DNA from: Spirochaetia bacterium
Lineage (GTDB): Bacteria > Spirochaetota > Spirochaetia > CADAEX01
Length of the DNA stretch: 64,000 nucleotides
Assembly (NCBI GenBank): GCA_963662265.2
Contig: CAXXHA010000030.1
Span: forward strand, 24,190 to 88,189
Direction: 5' to 3'
The notes beneath the pieces are model-generated. The model saw only the letters and a list, made by a program, of their open reading frames with translations. It searched no databases and was not told the DNA's origin. The translations under genes were made by a program, and so were the position numbers. This document shows, in pieces, positions 29,080 to 39,251 of the stretch; within the stretch, counting starts at the first letter, position 1; every line of letters begins with the position of its first letter.

Positions 29080-29907
29080 CTACTCTACAAATAGAGAGCT
29101 TCCTGTCCTGTTATGAAAATACCTGTTTCCCGCTCCGCTGAGTTCACCCATAGCTTCCGCCCCGGTGCAGTGGGATACGCCTATCACTTCAACATTGTCA
29201 ATAATATATTTTACAGATTTCTTAAGCGCTTCCCCCTTTGACTCAACAAGATGTGTTCCGCCGATAACAGCATGAACAGGTTTTTTAAGAAGCTTCACAG
29301 CTGTGCTGATCATATTTTTTACGCCGGGGTGGGAACAGCCGAGTACAATTACAAGTCCCCTCGGTGTATCAACAGCAATCATGACTTCATCGCTGAAATC
29401 ATCCCTCTCAAATCGGTTTTCCCTTCTGACAACAAATCTCGGGTTGATTTTTTCATCATCAAATGTCCTGTCAAAAGAAGTAATGATATAAACTGATTCG
29501 GTGAGCTGTGTCAGCTGGTTGCCCAAGACTTCATATTTTATACTTTTCTGCTTCAGATATTCTTCAGTAAAATCATTTCCAAGAAATTCATATGAATTGT
29601 TCCGTAAAGCATATTTTTCATTGAAAAAACCGCTGCCGACATATAGTCTAAAACTATCAGTCAGATTTATCAAAGATTTTAATCCCCCTGAATGGTCATA
29701 ATGGCCATGGCTAAGGACAACAAAATCTGTATCTGATAAATCTATGTTGAGAAGCTTTGAATTATAGATAAATGAATCAGTAGAACCTGTATCGAAAATT
29801 ATTTTTTTCCCGTCAGTTTCTATACAAAAAGAAATACCATGTTCAGTTTTCAGGGCAAGATGTTCCCCCTGGGTATTTTCTATCAGTGTGGTTATTTTTA
29901 GAGACAT
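29080..29907 (-). CDS. Metallo-beta-lactamase-fold hydrolase (pterin-synthase-like group)
   Basis: EHGIS, FDTG, LSHGHYDHSGG, GCSHPG, GGTHL, HCTG. Confidence 0.88.
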   Translation of the reverse strand: MSLKITTLIENTQGEHLALKTEHGISFCIETDGKKIIFDTGSTDSFIYNSKLLNIDLSDTDFVVLSHGHYDHSGGLKSLINLTDSFRLYVGSGFFNEKYALRNNSYEFLGNDFTEEYLKQKSIKYEVLGNQLTQLTESVYIITSFDRTFDDEKINPRFVVRRENRFERDDFSDEVMIAVDTPRGLVIVLGCSHPGVKNMISTAVKLLKKPVHAVIGGTHLVESKGEALKKSVKYIIDNVEVIGVSHCTGAEAMGELSGAGNRYFHNRTGSSLFVE

Positions 29908-29924
29908 ATAACCCCCTCCAAATA

Positions 29925-30623
29925 TTATTCAGAAATTGAACCGAGAATATCCCCTATCGCATTTTCAAGATGCTCTTTCATTGCTTTTTCAGCTTTGACC
30001 GGGTCTCTGTCCTTTATTGCCTGAAGTATTTTCCTGTGCTCTTCAATTGTTTTTTTCTCTCTTCCCGGAATATGGAGACTGGAAATCCAGCCTTCGGGAA
30101 GGGATTTTGTCATTGTCTTCATAAGAAAGTGAAGTGTTTTATTCTTGGTAGATTTACTTAAAAGCAGATGAAACTCTTCATCGCATTTAACAAGACCTGC
30201 AGTACTGCCCTGATCTGAGTTTGTGGAAAAATCCCTGCAGACCTCTTCCATTTTTGAAATATCATTTTTATCAGCTTTTTCTGCAGCAACTGCGGCTGCC
30301 TTGGGATCAATTATAAGCCGGACTTCGAAATGGTCCTGTATTGACTGTTCATTGTGCTTGAGCCAGTCGGAAAATCCTTCGAATTCCTTCTCCATTTTGT
30401 CTGTGATAAATATTCCCTTCCCATGTTTTACAGTAACCTGCCCTGTCACCTCAAGCATCCTCACAGCTTCCCGCACCGATGATCTTGATACATGCAGCTT
30501 CTGCGTAAGAATGTTTTCTGAATAGAATTTATCGCCGGGCTTGAACCCGTCCTCTGCGATCATTTTTTTTATTGCTTCAATTACACTTTCGAAAAGCCTC
30601 ACTCTTTTTACTGAATGCAACAC
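29925..30623 (-). CDS. FadR/GntR family transcriptional regulator
   Basis: VSRSSVREA...HGKG HTH; DEEFH, N, EH FCD domain; GTG start. Confidence 0.92.
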   Translation of the reverse strand: MLHSVKRVRLFESVIEAIKKMIAEDGFKPGDKFYSENILTQKLHVSRSSVREAVRMLEVTGQVTVKHGKGIFITDKMEKEFEGFSDWLKHNEQSIQDHFEVRLIIDPKAAAVAAEKADKNDISKMEEVCRDFSTNSDQGSTAGLVKCDEEFHLLLSKSTKNKTLHFLMKTMTKSLPEGWISSLHIPGREKKTIEEHRKILQAIKDRDPVKAEKAMKEHLENAIGDILGSISE

Positions 30624-30653
30624 GAACCACCCTTGTCTACTTATATGATGTCT

Positions 30654-30700
30654 ACTTATCAGACAAGTTAATTATATACATATTTTTACTGATCTGTCAA
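30654..30700 (-). promoter_or_regulatory. sigma-70 promoter with a FadR-type operator
   Basis: Minus strand TTGACA(30700-30695)-N18-TATAAT(30676-30671), followed by the quasi-palindrome ACTTGTCTGATAAGT (30668-30654). Confidence 0.65.
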
Positions 30701-30808
30701 AATAAATTTAAAAAAGCTGAAACCCCGCAGAATACCTGGAATTTCAGCTTCTTATTATCTTAAAAGATATCAGAAAATTATCTGTTTCTTGCCAAAAATT
30801 GAATCATT

Positions 30809-31216
30809 TTAATTATACTGTCTTGTTATAGCCCACAATCCGGAAAGAATAATCATCTGCATTGAAAGATCCCTGAGCCATATCATGAATGTAGGCTCCA
30901 TGAATGAATTAAGGAAAAACTGCATTACAATATTTATAATCCAGAGTACAGTTATTGTAATTGAAGCAAAGAAAAGGCTTCTTGGATTTGATTTAATAAA
31001 TGTTCCCACAAACAGGACAAGTCCGGAAAACAGCTGTATAAGGGCAACAACAACTCTCCACATATCATTTTTTCCAAACAGCTTCCCCACTCCCCTTATG
31101 AACTGAGCACCTGCTGTATTGTATCCTGTAAGAAAAAGCAAGCCTGACAGCGCGAAAAATAGCGCGATAAATATCTGTAAAAGAAATATAGATCCGTAAC
31201 TGTTTTTATCTCTCAT
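30809..31216 (-). CDS. Four-TM hypothetical membrane protein
   Basis: AGGAG RBS; four hydrophobic segments. Confidence 0.75.
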   Translation of the reverse strand: MRDKNSYGSIFLLQIFIALFFALSGLLFLTGYNTAGAQFIRGVGKLFGKNDMWRVVVALIQLFSGLVLFVGTFIKSNPRSLFFASITITVLWIINIVMQFFLNSFMEPTFMIWLRDLSMQMIILSGLWAITRQYN

Positions 31217-31369
31217 AAATAACTCCTGTTTTTATTATGCCGCCCCCGGCATTCTTTTAACAACTTGTAAAGTGATTATATATTTATAATACTTTGAAAT
31301 GCAATTAATTTAATATTATTTTAACAATTTTCTAAAAGTATATTAATTAAAAAGAGGTAAATAAACAGT

Positions 31370-32092
31370 ATGAAAAGAATAATACAGATATCAGATATCC
31401 ACTGCGGTTCAGGTTATTTTTCTCCTGAACTTATGGAAAAAACCATAAGTTATATCAATAATTCTAAACCGGATGCTCTTCTTATTACAGGAGACCTTAC
31501 AACAGAAGGTTTCTATCATGAATTTGAAACAGCGCTTTCCTATATAAACAGGATGGAAGTAGAGAATAAGCTTATTGTACCTGGAAATCACGATGCAAGA
31601 AATGTAGGCTACAGAAGCTTTGAAAAGCTTATAGGCCCGCCTGACAGCAAACTGGAAATGGGCAATATTCTGATCTGCGGCGCTGACTCCACAGAACCGG
31701 ACCTTGATGACGGCCAGCTTGGAAGACATCTTACAGGAGAATTGAAAGAAACATTTAAAAATTTCAATGGTGTTAAAATTCTTGCGATGCATCATCATGT
31801 AATATCTGTACCCAACAGCGGAAGAGAAATGAATATACTGCGGGATGCAGGCGATGTACTTAAAATGGCTGTAAAATCAGGAGTTAACATAATATTATCA
31901 GGACATAAACATATTCCGCATATATGGAATTTTGAAGGGATAAAAGTTGTAACATGTTCAACCACAACTTCACGGAGAATCAGAGGAATATACAAACCAT
32001 CTTTCAATATCCTTGAAATTGATGATCATCTCAGGATAATCAAGAAAGAGGTTGAAGGTGATTCACATATAATTTATGAGGGGGAAATCTGA
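31370..32092 (+). CDS. Calcineurin-like metallophosphoesterase (Icc/CpdA-like)
   Basis: SDIH, TGDLT, PGNHD, MHHH, SGHKH motifs. Confidence 0.9.
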   Translation: MKRIIQISDIHCGSGYFSPELMEKTISYINNSKPDALLITGDLTTEGFYHEFETALSYINRMEVENKLIVPGNHDARNVGYRSFEKLIGPPDSKLEMGNILICGADSTEPDLDDGQLGRHLTGELKETFKNFNGVKILAMHHHVISVPNSGREMNILRDAGDVLKMAVKSGVNIILSGHKHIPHIWNFEGIKVVTCSTTTSRRIRGIYKPSFNILEIDDHLRIIKKEVEGDSHIIYEGEI

Positions 32093-32257
32093 TTATTTCA
32101 GGAAAATTAAAACAGGTCAGAAAATAATGCAAAAAGAACTTTAAGCTATTATCCTGAATTTTATGATAAATTGAAAAATGTATTCCGCAAAGATGAAAAA
32201 ACTGAATCATGTCTGTTTCCAGACTATTATGGGGACAGGCTTCAATCGGAGAAATAG

Positions 32258-32686
32258 ATGAATAAAAAGAAACTCCTGTTTTTATGCACAGGGAACTCCT
32301 GCAGGAGCCAGATGGCAGAAGGCTGGACAAGAGTATTGAAAGGCGATATTTTCGATGTTTTTTCTGCCGGTATTGAAACACATGGTCTTAATGAAAATGC
32401 AGTAAAAGTGATGAAAGAGGCAGGAGTAGATATTTCAGGTCACAAATCACAGAATATAAGAGAATTCCTTGATACAGATATAGATTATGTTGTAACAGTA
32501 TGCAGTCATGCAAATGAAACATGCCCTGTATTCCCCGGAAAAGCCAAAGTCATTCACAGGAGTTTTGATGATCCTCCGGCAATGGCAAAAGAAAAAAACA
32601 CGGAAGAGGATAAACTTGACTGCTACAGAAAAGTCAGGGACCAGATCAGGGCATTTGTAAATACACTGCCGGATGCTCTTGATTAG
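32258..32686 (+). CDS. arsC: Thioredoxin-dependent arsenate reductase (LMW-PTP fold)
   Basis: CTGNSCRSQMAE, VCSHANETCP, DDP. Confidence 0.88.
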   Translation: MNKKKLLFLCTGNSCRSQMAEGWTRVLKGDIFDVFSAGIETHGLNENAVKVMKEAGVDISGHKSQNIREFLDTDIDYVVTVCSHANETCPVFPGKAKVIHRSFDDPPAMAKEKNTEEDKLDCYRKVRDQIRAFVNTLPDALD

Positions 32687-32817
32687 GTGCTTTTTACCTG
32701 TACTCAGGATATTTTTATTTATTTTAAAACAATAAAATACACTTTATTTAAATATCTCATTGCCGCTCAAATAATATGTAATATATTAATATATAGCACA
32801 TAAAAAGAGGTTGTTAT

Positions 32818-33180
32818 TTGAAGAAGAAAATTCTTATAATTGAAGATTCAGTCTTAAGCAGAACATATATGAAAAACTATCTTGAAGAAAAAGATATTGA
32901 TATTGTTGAAGCAGTAAACGGAATAGACGGTCTGGAAAAAATAGAACAATTCAAACCGGATCTGATTTTTCTCGACCTGATGATGCCTGAACTGGATGGA
33001 TTCGGAGTACTTGAAAAACTGAGAGAAATCGGCTCTGAAATACCTGTAATAACACTGACATCTGATATACAGGAAACAACAAGAAAACGCTGCTTCAACC
33101 TAGGTGTAAAATATTTCCTGAACAAGCCGGTTAACAAGGAAAAATTCCTTATGATTGTTGAATCAATTCTCAGGGTATAG
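32818..33180 (+). CDS. Single-domain response regulator (CheY-like)
   Basis: IIEDS, FLDLMMP.LDG, LTS, KP. Confidence 0.9.
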   Translation: MKKKILIIEDSVLSRTYMKNYLEEKDIDIVEAVNGIDGLEKIEQFKPDLIFLDLMMPELDGFGVLEKLREIGSEIPVITLTSDIQETTRKRCFNLGVKYFLNKPVNKEKFLMIVESILRV

Positions 33181-33268
33181 AAAAGTAGTTCTTTATCCTG
33201 TTAAATATTATTTTCTGGTAGTTCTTCCAAAGAGCAGCCGGATTGATATCATTTAGAAGAGGTAATAC

Positions 33269-34699
33269 ATGGAACAGGATTATATTCCGGATTTGTCTAG
33301 GTTGAAAACAGTTCTTGATTTTCTTTCAACTTCGATGAACCTGGGAATCTGTTTCATTGACACGGATTTAAAAAATATTCTGTACAAGTCAGACAGGAAA
33401 AATATATGCACAGATATCAAATCATCCAGTGATATTAAAAACATTTTTTGCATAGATCTGATCAAAAATCTTAGTGATAATGAATATCCGGAATTCCTCA
33501 CATGCAGTAAAAATCTCACAATAGTACATTTTGCCGTAAAAAACAACAACCTGCTTCTCGGCTGGATAATTATGGGACCGGTGATTCTCAAAGACATCGA
33601 AAATCCTCAATTGAATAAAATCCCTGAAATTCCTGGAATCCCGGATATCCCTGTATTAGATTCAGATACTCTGGAAAGTAAAATCATCAGGATAAAACCC
33701 ATGATGCAGTTGATTATTGATCTTTTCTATGAAAAATACCTTCTGAACAAGGAAAAGAATTTAATAAAATATAATCTTGAAAAACAGAAGCTTACAGAAA
33801 GGGAACTTAAACAGACAAACTCTGAACTCGAGACAATTTTCACAAACAGCCAGGTTGGCATTATGTATCTCAAGGGAGGACGCTATTTTTTAAAAGGCAA
33901 CAAGAGACTTGCAGATATACTGGGCTGGGATAATCCTGATGAAATGACAGGAATAAATATGAGAAAACTCCATATTTCTGATGAAACATTTACCTATTTC
34001 GGCGAAAAATATTTCAACAACCTCGCCCACGGTGAAAGAATTCATATTGACTATCAACTTGCAAAAAAAGACGGAACACCTGTCTGGTGCATACTGTCAG
34101 GCAAGGCAATTGACAGGAATAATCCGGCAGATCTTAATAAAGGGGTTATATGGATAATTGATGATATTTCTGACAGAAAAGAAGCTGAGAAAAAACTCAA
34201 AAAACTGGCAGTAACAGATTTTCTTACTTCATTGAAAAACAGGGCAGGTTTCCACAGGGAACTGGAAAAGGAAATCCACAGGTCAGGCAGGCAGCATAAA
34301 GCTCTGTCACTGATGCTTATAGATCTCGATTATTTTAAAAATATAAATGATACATACGGCCATGATGCCGGAGATGCAGTCCTGGTGCATTTCAGCAATC
34401 TTCTTGAAAGTACTTTCCGGGATATAGATATATCAGGCAGAGTGGGAGGAGAGGAATTTGCCGTTATAATGCCTGACACGACTCTGGAATCAGGCAGAAA
34501 AGCTGCAGTGAGGCTTAAAAGAAAGCTTGAAAAAGAAAATGCATATTACAGAAATATAAAAATCCCGTATACCGTGAGTATTGGAATCTCTGAATATTCA
34601 GACGAAAGCCTTGATGATTTCTACTGTATAACTGATAAAAAACTGTACAGAGCGAAAACTTCCGGCAGGAACTGTATCTGTACTGAATTGCAGGATTAA
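33269..34699 (+). CDS. Diguanylate cyclase (PocR-like, PAS, GGDEF)
   Basis: Three-Cys PocR-like N-terminus, PAS/PAC ending DISDRK, DLDYFKNINDTYGH, RDID I-site, GGEEF. Confidence 0.9.
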   Translation: MEQDYIPDLSRLKTVLDFLSTSMNLGICFIDTDLKNILYKSDRKNICTDIKSSSDIKNIFCIDLIKNLSDNEYPEFLTCSKNLTIVHFAVKNNNLLLGWIIMGPVILKDIENPQLNKIPEIPGIPDIPVLDSDTLESKIIRIKPMMQLIIDLFYEKYLLNKEKNLIKYNLEKQKLTERELKQTNSELETIFTNSQVGIMYLKGGRYFLKGNKRLADILGWDNPDEMTGINMRKLHISDETFTYFGEKYFNNLAHGERIHIDYQLAKKDGTPVWCILSGKAIDRNNPADLNKGVIWIIDDISDRKEAEKKLKKLAVTDFLTSLKNRAGFHRELEKEIHRSGRQHKALSLMLIDLDYFKNINDTYGHDAGDAVLVHFSNLLESTFRDIDISGRVGGEEFAVIMPDTTLESGRKAAVRLKRKLEKENAYYRNIKIPYTVSIGISEYSDESLDDFYCITDKKLYRAKTSGRNCICTELQD

Positions 34700-34795
34700 C
34701 TACAGATTATTTATTTATCCTTTATTTTCAACTCATATAAAACACAGCATCTGTTTTTCATCCCCTATTATTTCAAAAGAGTTTAAACTGCCTTG

Positions 34796-34822
34796 TAAAG
34801 TAAATTTTCACCTTTCCGATAA
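34796..34822 (+). promoter_or_regulatory. sigma-28 promoter of the flagellar rod operon
   Basis: TAAA(34796-99)-N15-TCCGATAA(34815-22). Confidence 0.7.
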
Positions 34823-34912
34823 TTTAAAGTAGGAACATAAATAGTTTCCATCTACGCATCTGGATAAATACTTATTCAGCTGTTTCAGTATAAAACTTTC
34901 GGGAGGGGTTTT

Positions 34913-35758
34913 ATGATCAGGGGCCTTTACACAGGCGCGGCAGGAATGGTCGCTCAAATGCACAAAATGGACGCTCTGTCCAATAATCTCGCAAACGTCA
35001 ATCTTAACGGTTACAAAAAAGACACTTCAATTCACAAGGCATTTCCTGAAATGCTTATAAGAAGAATGAATGATAACGGTGTATATAAATTCCCCATGGG
35101 ATCTGCAGATATTGCCCCTATAGTCGGGAAAATCGGTACCGGCGTTGAACAGAATGAGGTTTTTACAGTTTTTACCCAGGGAGCGCTTAAGGAAACTGAA
35201 AATCCATTCGATATGGCGCTTGAGGGAAAAGGCTTTTTTGCAGTAGATACACCATACGGTGAAAGATATACAAGAAACGGGGCATTTACACTGGGAAAAG
35301 AGGGGATGCTTCTTACAAAAGAGGGATATCCGGTACTTGGAGAAAAAGGACCGATCCATATAAAAGAAAATAATTTCATTATTGACCAGAAGGGAAGAAT
35401 TTTCAAAAATTCAAAATTCCCTGATGATCCGCAGCGTCTCATTTCCATGATTGAAAATGAATGGGATGAAACTGAACTCATTGATACTATCAAGCTTGTT
35501 GATTTTAAAAGAGACAGATATTTAAGAAAACAGGGGAATTCACTATGGAAAGATACCACGGAATCGGGAGCAGCAACGATAATGACAGATACTGCACCGA
35601 AAGTAAGACAGGGATTTATCGAAGGGTCAAATGTTAATCCTGTAAAAGAAATGGTTAACATGATTGAAGTAAACAGGGCTTATGAAGCAAACCAGAAGGT
35701 TATTTCAAGTCAGGATTCACTGACAGGTAAGCTGATTAACGATGCTGTTAAATTATAG
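34913..35758 (+). CDS. flgF: Flagellar basal-body rod protein FlgF (FlhO-type)
   Basis: MIRGLYTGAAGM, NNLANVN..GYK, YTRNG, EGSNVN; directly upstream of flgG. Confidence 0.85.
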   Translation: MIRGLYTGAAGMVAQMHKMDALSNNLANVNLNGYKKDTSIHKAFPEMLIRRMNDNGVYKFPMGSADIAPIVGKIGTGVEQNEVFTVFTQGALKETENPFDMALEGKGFFAVDTPYGERYTRNGAFTLGKEGMLLTKEGYPVLGEKGPIHIKENNFIIDQKGRIFKNSKFPDDPQRLISMIENEWDETELIDTIKLVDFKRDRYLRKQGNSLWKDTTESGAATIMTDTAPKVRQGFIEGSNVNPVKEMVNMIEVNRAYEANQKVISSQDSLTGKLINDAVKL

Positions 35759-35817
35759 TCTTTAGTAATTTAAAGCTGATTTTTCTTTAAGCCTATTTTA
35801 TTTGAGGAGATAATATA

Positions 35818-36612
35818 ATGATGAGATCATTATGGACTGCCGCTTCAGGAATGGTTGGACAGCAGTTTAACATAGATACAATTTCAAACAACCTTTCAAA
35901 CGTTAACACAACAGGATTCAAGAAAAACAGGGCGGAATTTGAAGACCTGCTTTACCAGACAACAAGGATTGCAGGTACCCCTGCAACAGAAGTTACGGTT
36001 GTCCCCACCCCCACCCAGGTTGGTCACGGGGTAAAAGCGTCTTCCACCCAGAAAATATTTACTCAAGGGTCATTGCAGGCAACAGGTAATGTTTCTGATA
36101 TGGCTATCCAGGGTGAAGGATTTTTCAGAACCCTTCTTATTGACGGAACATACGGCTATACACGTGACGGTTCCTTTAAAATTGATTCAAACGGACAGAT
36201 AGTAAGTTCAAACGGATACAAACTCATGCCTGAAGTAGTCCTCCCTGAAAACTTTGTGAGGGAATCTCTTACTGTTTCCCAGGATGGCCGTATAAGCGTA
36301 AAAGTAGCAGGAAGCAATGATCCTGTAGAAGTTGGCCAGCTTGAACTCTACAGGTTTGTAAACCCTGCCGGTATGAATGCAATTGGTGAAAACCTTTATA
36401 AGGTCACAAATGCATCGGGAGATCCCATAGGGGGAAGACCGGGATATGACGGAATGGGTACAATAATCCATAAATTCCTTGAAATGTCCAATGTATCTGT
36501 AGTTAAGGAAATGGTTAACATGATTGTTGCCCAGAGAGCATACGAACTCAACTCAAAAGCAATACAGACCAGCGACAACATGCTTGGAATAGCAAACAAC
36601 CTGAAGAGATAA
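35818..36612 (+). CDS. flgG: Flagellar distal rod protein FlgG
   Basis: MMRSLWTAASGM, FEDLLYQ, QVGHGV, YTRDGSF, QRAYELNSKAIQTSD. Confidence 0.95.
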   Translation: MMRSLWTAASGMVGQQFNIDTISNNLSNVNTTGFKKNRAEFEDLLYQTTRIAGTPATEVTVVPTPTQVGHGVKASSTQKIFTQGSLQATGNVSDMAIQGEGFFRTLLIDGTYGYTRDGSFKIDSNGQIVSSNGYKLMPEVVLPENFVRESLTVSQDGRISVKVAGSNDPVEVGQLELYRFVNPAGMNAIGENLYKVTNASGDPIGGRPGYDGMGTIIHKFLEMSNVSVVKEMVNMIVAQRAYELNSKAIQTSDNMLGIANNLKR

Positions 36613-36623
36613 GGCACATATAA

Positions 36624-36944
36624 ATGAATATTACAGATAAATCAATGATTATGAACAGCAGTTCCGACCTGAACAGGATTAAGGCATTGTCAGATAAAAC
36701 ATCAAAGCTTTCAGGAAAAAACAAGGAGCTTATGGATGCATGCAAGGATTTTGAAACTCTTTTCGTAAAACAGATGCTTGATTCCATGAGAAAGACAGTG
36801 CATAAGGCTGAAAAATCAGAGAACAATGCAGGTCAGAAATACTTTGAAGATATGCTTTATGATAATTATGCAAAAAAAATAACAGATACCGCAAACCTCG
36901 GTATTGCAAAAATGATGTATCAGCAGCTTTACAAATCTGTGTAA
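36624..36944 (+). CDS. flgJ: Single-domain FlgJ (rod-binding, no muramidase)
   Basis: LMDACKDFETLFVKQMLDSMR...FEDML...LGIAKMMYQQL. Confidence 0.85.
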   Translation: MNITDKSMIMNSSSDLNRIKALSDKTSKLSGKNKELMDACKDFETLFVKQMLDSMRKTVHKAEKSENNAGQKYFEDMLYDNYAKKITDTANLGIAKMMYQQLYKSV

Positions 36945-36965
36945 AGCTGCATTAATATCCCCGTT

Positions 36966-37967
36966 TTGAAAAACAATAAAGAACACACACTCAAACTTAT
37001 AATCTCCACTCTTTTTGTTATAATATCCATGCTTGTGATAATCCTGGTAATTCTAATACCTGAAGAAAGTGAACATATAAATGAATATTCAGATCCTGTA
37101 GCTTCTTCTGAAGAGAATACTGCTTCAGATACACAGTATGATTCAACTGAATCAGTAAATAAAACAACTGAAAAGAATACAATTCCTGTAGAAATATCAG
37201 ATATTGCTTCTGCAACACACCCTGTTGAAGAAGAAAAACTTTTACAGAAGAAAAGCAGAATCATTGAAAACAGGACAAAATCAATAGTCAAAAAAAAGGA
37301 AAAGAAGCTTTATTTCATTATTGACGATGCAGGCTACAATATTAATCAGCTGAAACCTTTCCTCGAATTTCCCGGTAAAATAACCATAGCAGTTCTTCCC
37401 GGACTTCCCCGCTCTGCCGACTGTGCAAGAATGATAAATGCAAGCGGCAAACAGGTGTTTCTTCACCAGCCGATGGAGGCATTCGGAAAAAACAATCCCG
37501 GTCCCGGAGCTATAATGCTTGGGATGAATGAGAGTGAAATAAAGGAAATTCTTGTCAGTAATCTTGATTCTCTCCCCTTTGTTTCAGGATTCAACAACCA
37601 TATGGGTTCAGCAGTTACCTCAGAGCCTGATATGGTAGAAACTATCCTTAAAACCGCAAAACAGAAACAGATAATTTTCACAGACAGCTTTACAACATCC
37701 CATTCCAAATGCAAAGAAGTTTCTGAAAAACTGGGTATCGCTATTGCAAAAAGAGATGTATTTCTGGATAATGTCGACAACAGGGAAGCTATAATGGAAT
37801 CAATGAATACAGGACTTAATATTGCAGAAAACAAAGGACATGCCGTAATGATAGGGCATGTCTGGTCTTCAGAACTCGCAGATACTATGATGGAAATTTA
37901 TCCAAATCTTATAGAAGACGGATTTACACTCGAAGAAATGTCTGATCTTATTCTTGGAGACATGTAG
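36966..37967 (+). CDS. Divergent polysaccharide deacetylase (YibQ-like), membrane anchored
   Basis: IIDDAG, LHQPME, NNHMGS, DS.T, RDVFLDN, IGH. Confidence 0.9.
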   Translation: MKNNKEHTLKLIISTLFVIISMLVIILVILIPEESEHINEYSDPVASSEENTASDTQYDSTESVNKTTEKNTIPVEISDIASATHPVEEEKLLQKKSRIIENRTKSIVKKKEKKLYFIIDDAGYNINQLKPFLEFPGKITIAVLPGLPRSADCARMINASGKQVFLHQPMEAFGKNNPGPGAIMLGMNESEIKEILVSNLDSLPFVSGFNNHMGSAVTSEPDMVETILKTAKQKQIIFTDSFTTSHSKCKEVSEKLGIAIAKRDVFLDNVDNREAIMESMNTGLNIAENKGHAVMIGHVWSSELADTMMEIYPNLIEDGFTLEEMSDLILGDM

Positions 37968-37968
37968 T

Positions 37969-38982
37969 ATGCTTATACTGGGAATTGAAAGCTCCTGTGA
38001 TGAGTGTTCAGCTGCAGTAGTCAAAGACGGTGAAAAAGTTCTTTCAAATCTTGTAGCTACCCAGATAGAACTTCATAAACCATACATGGGTGTTGTTCCT
38101 GAAGTGGCATCCCGGATTCATGTCGAATGGATTAACGGTGTCGTAAAAGAGTCTTTAAAGGAAGCAGGTGTCACACTTGATGATATAGACGGCATTGCTG
38201 TAACAAACAGGCCGGGACTTACAGGCTCTCTCCTTGTGGGACTTTCCTTTGCAAAAGGTCTTGCAATGTCTTCTAAAAAACCTTTTACAGGTGTTGACCA
38301 TATTTTCGCCCATATATATGCAGCCCATCTTGAAAATGAAATAAGCTATCCCTACCTCGGTCTTCTGGTCTCAGGTGGGCACACTATTATTGCCCTTGTA
38401 AAGGGATATGATGACATGCAGGTTCTGGGAACAACCATAGATGATGCATGCGGCGAAGCTTTTGACAAGGTAGCCAAATTCTACAACTTCGGCTATCCGG
38501 GGGGAGTAATAATAGACAGGATGTCCAGAGAGGGTGATGATAAGGCTTTCAGTTTCCCGGACCCTTCACTTCATAAGGGAAACCACAGATATGATGTATC
38601 ATACTCAGGACTTAAAACAGCTGTTGTAAACCAGCTCAAAACATTTCACAATGAAGGGCATGAAATTAATGACAATAATATAGCAGCGTCCTTTCAGAAG
38701 GCTGCTATAGATATGCTTCTTAAAAGACTGTACAAGGCAAGCAAAGATACAGGAATAACAAAAATAGTAACAGGAGGGGGGGTAGCTGCAAATTCATACC
38801 TAAGAAGCTGTCTTGAAAACAACAGTGAACTGACTGTTTATTCTCCCTCTCTCAAGCTCTGCGGAGATAACGGGGCAATGATTGCAGGGCTGGGATATCA
38901 TTATCTTAAGAACAACACAGGTTCAGATTACACTCTAAATGTCACATCAAGAGTTTCCGCTTTCAGGAAAAGCTATCCCTAG
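37969..38982 (+). CDS. tsaD: tRNA N6-adenosine threonylcarbamoyltransferase
   Basis: LGIESSCDE, GVVPEVASR.H, HIFAH, LVSGGHT, DDACGEAFDK, SYSGLKTA, DNGAMIA. Confidence 0.96.
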   Translation: MLILGIESSCDECSAAVVKDGEKVLSNLVATQIELHKPYMGVVPEVASRIHVEWINGVVKESLKEAGVTLDDIDGIAVTNRPGLTGSLLVGLSFAKGLAMSSKKPFTGVDHIFAHIYAAHLENEISYPYLGLLVSGGHTIIALVKGYDDMQVLGTTIDDACGEAFDKVAKFYNFGYPGGVIIDRMSREGDDKAFSFPDPSLHKGNHRYDVSYSGLKTAVVNQLKTFHNEGHEINDNNIAASFQKAAIDMLLKRLYKASKDTGITKIVTGGGVAANSYLRSCLENNSELTVYSPSLKLCGDNGAMIAGLGYHYLKNNTGSDYTLNVTSRVSAFRKSYP

Positions 38983-39251
38983 TTTGCTTTGATACAGCAA
39001 TTTCCAGCTGCTTTCTCCTGTTTTAAATCAGTATTTTTCAAGTTAATCAGATTTCAACATCCAGGTTTTAATAAATATCCTTTTAGAATATTTCCGGATA
39101 TTTGCCTGATTACAACGTGCGGCTTTTAATGTATTAAGCTTAAATATTTATCAGTAATAATTACTATTATTTATAGTATTTTTATTTACATTGCGAAATT
39201 TATATATTATATTCCTATTAAATCAATATAATTTAAACAGGGGTATTACAG

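Noticed and set aside
32258-32686. Arsenic-resistance island
   Set aside because: Only arsC is present; no arsR, acr3 or arsB is adjacent.
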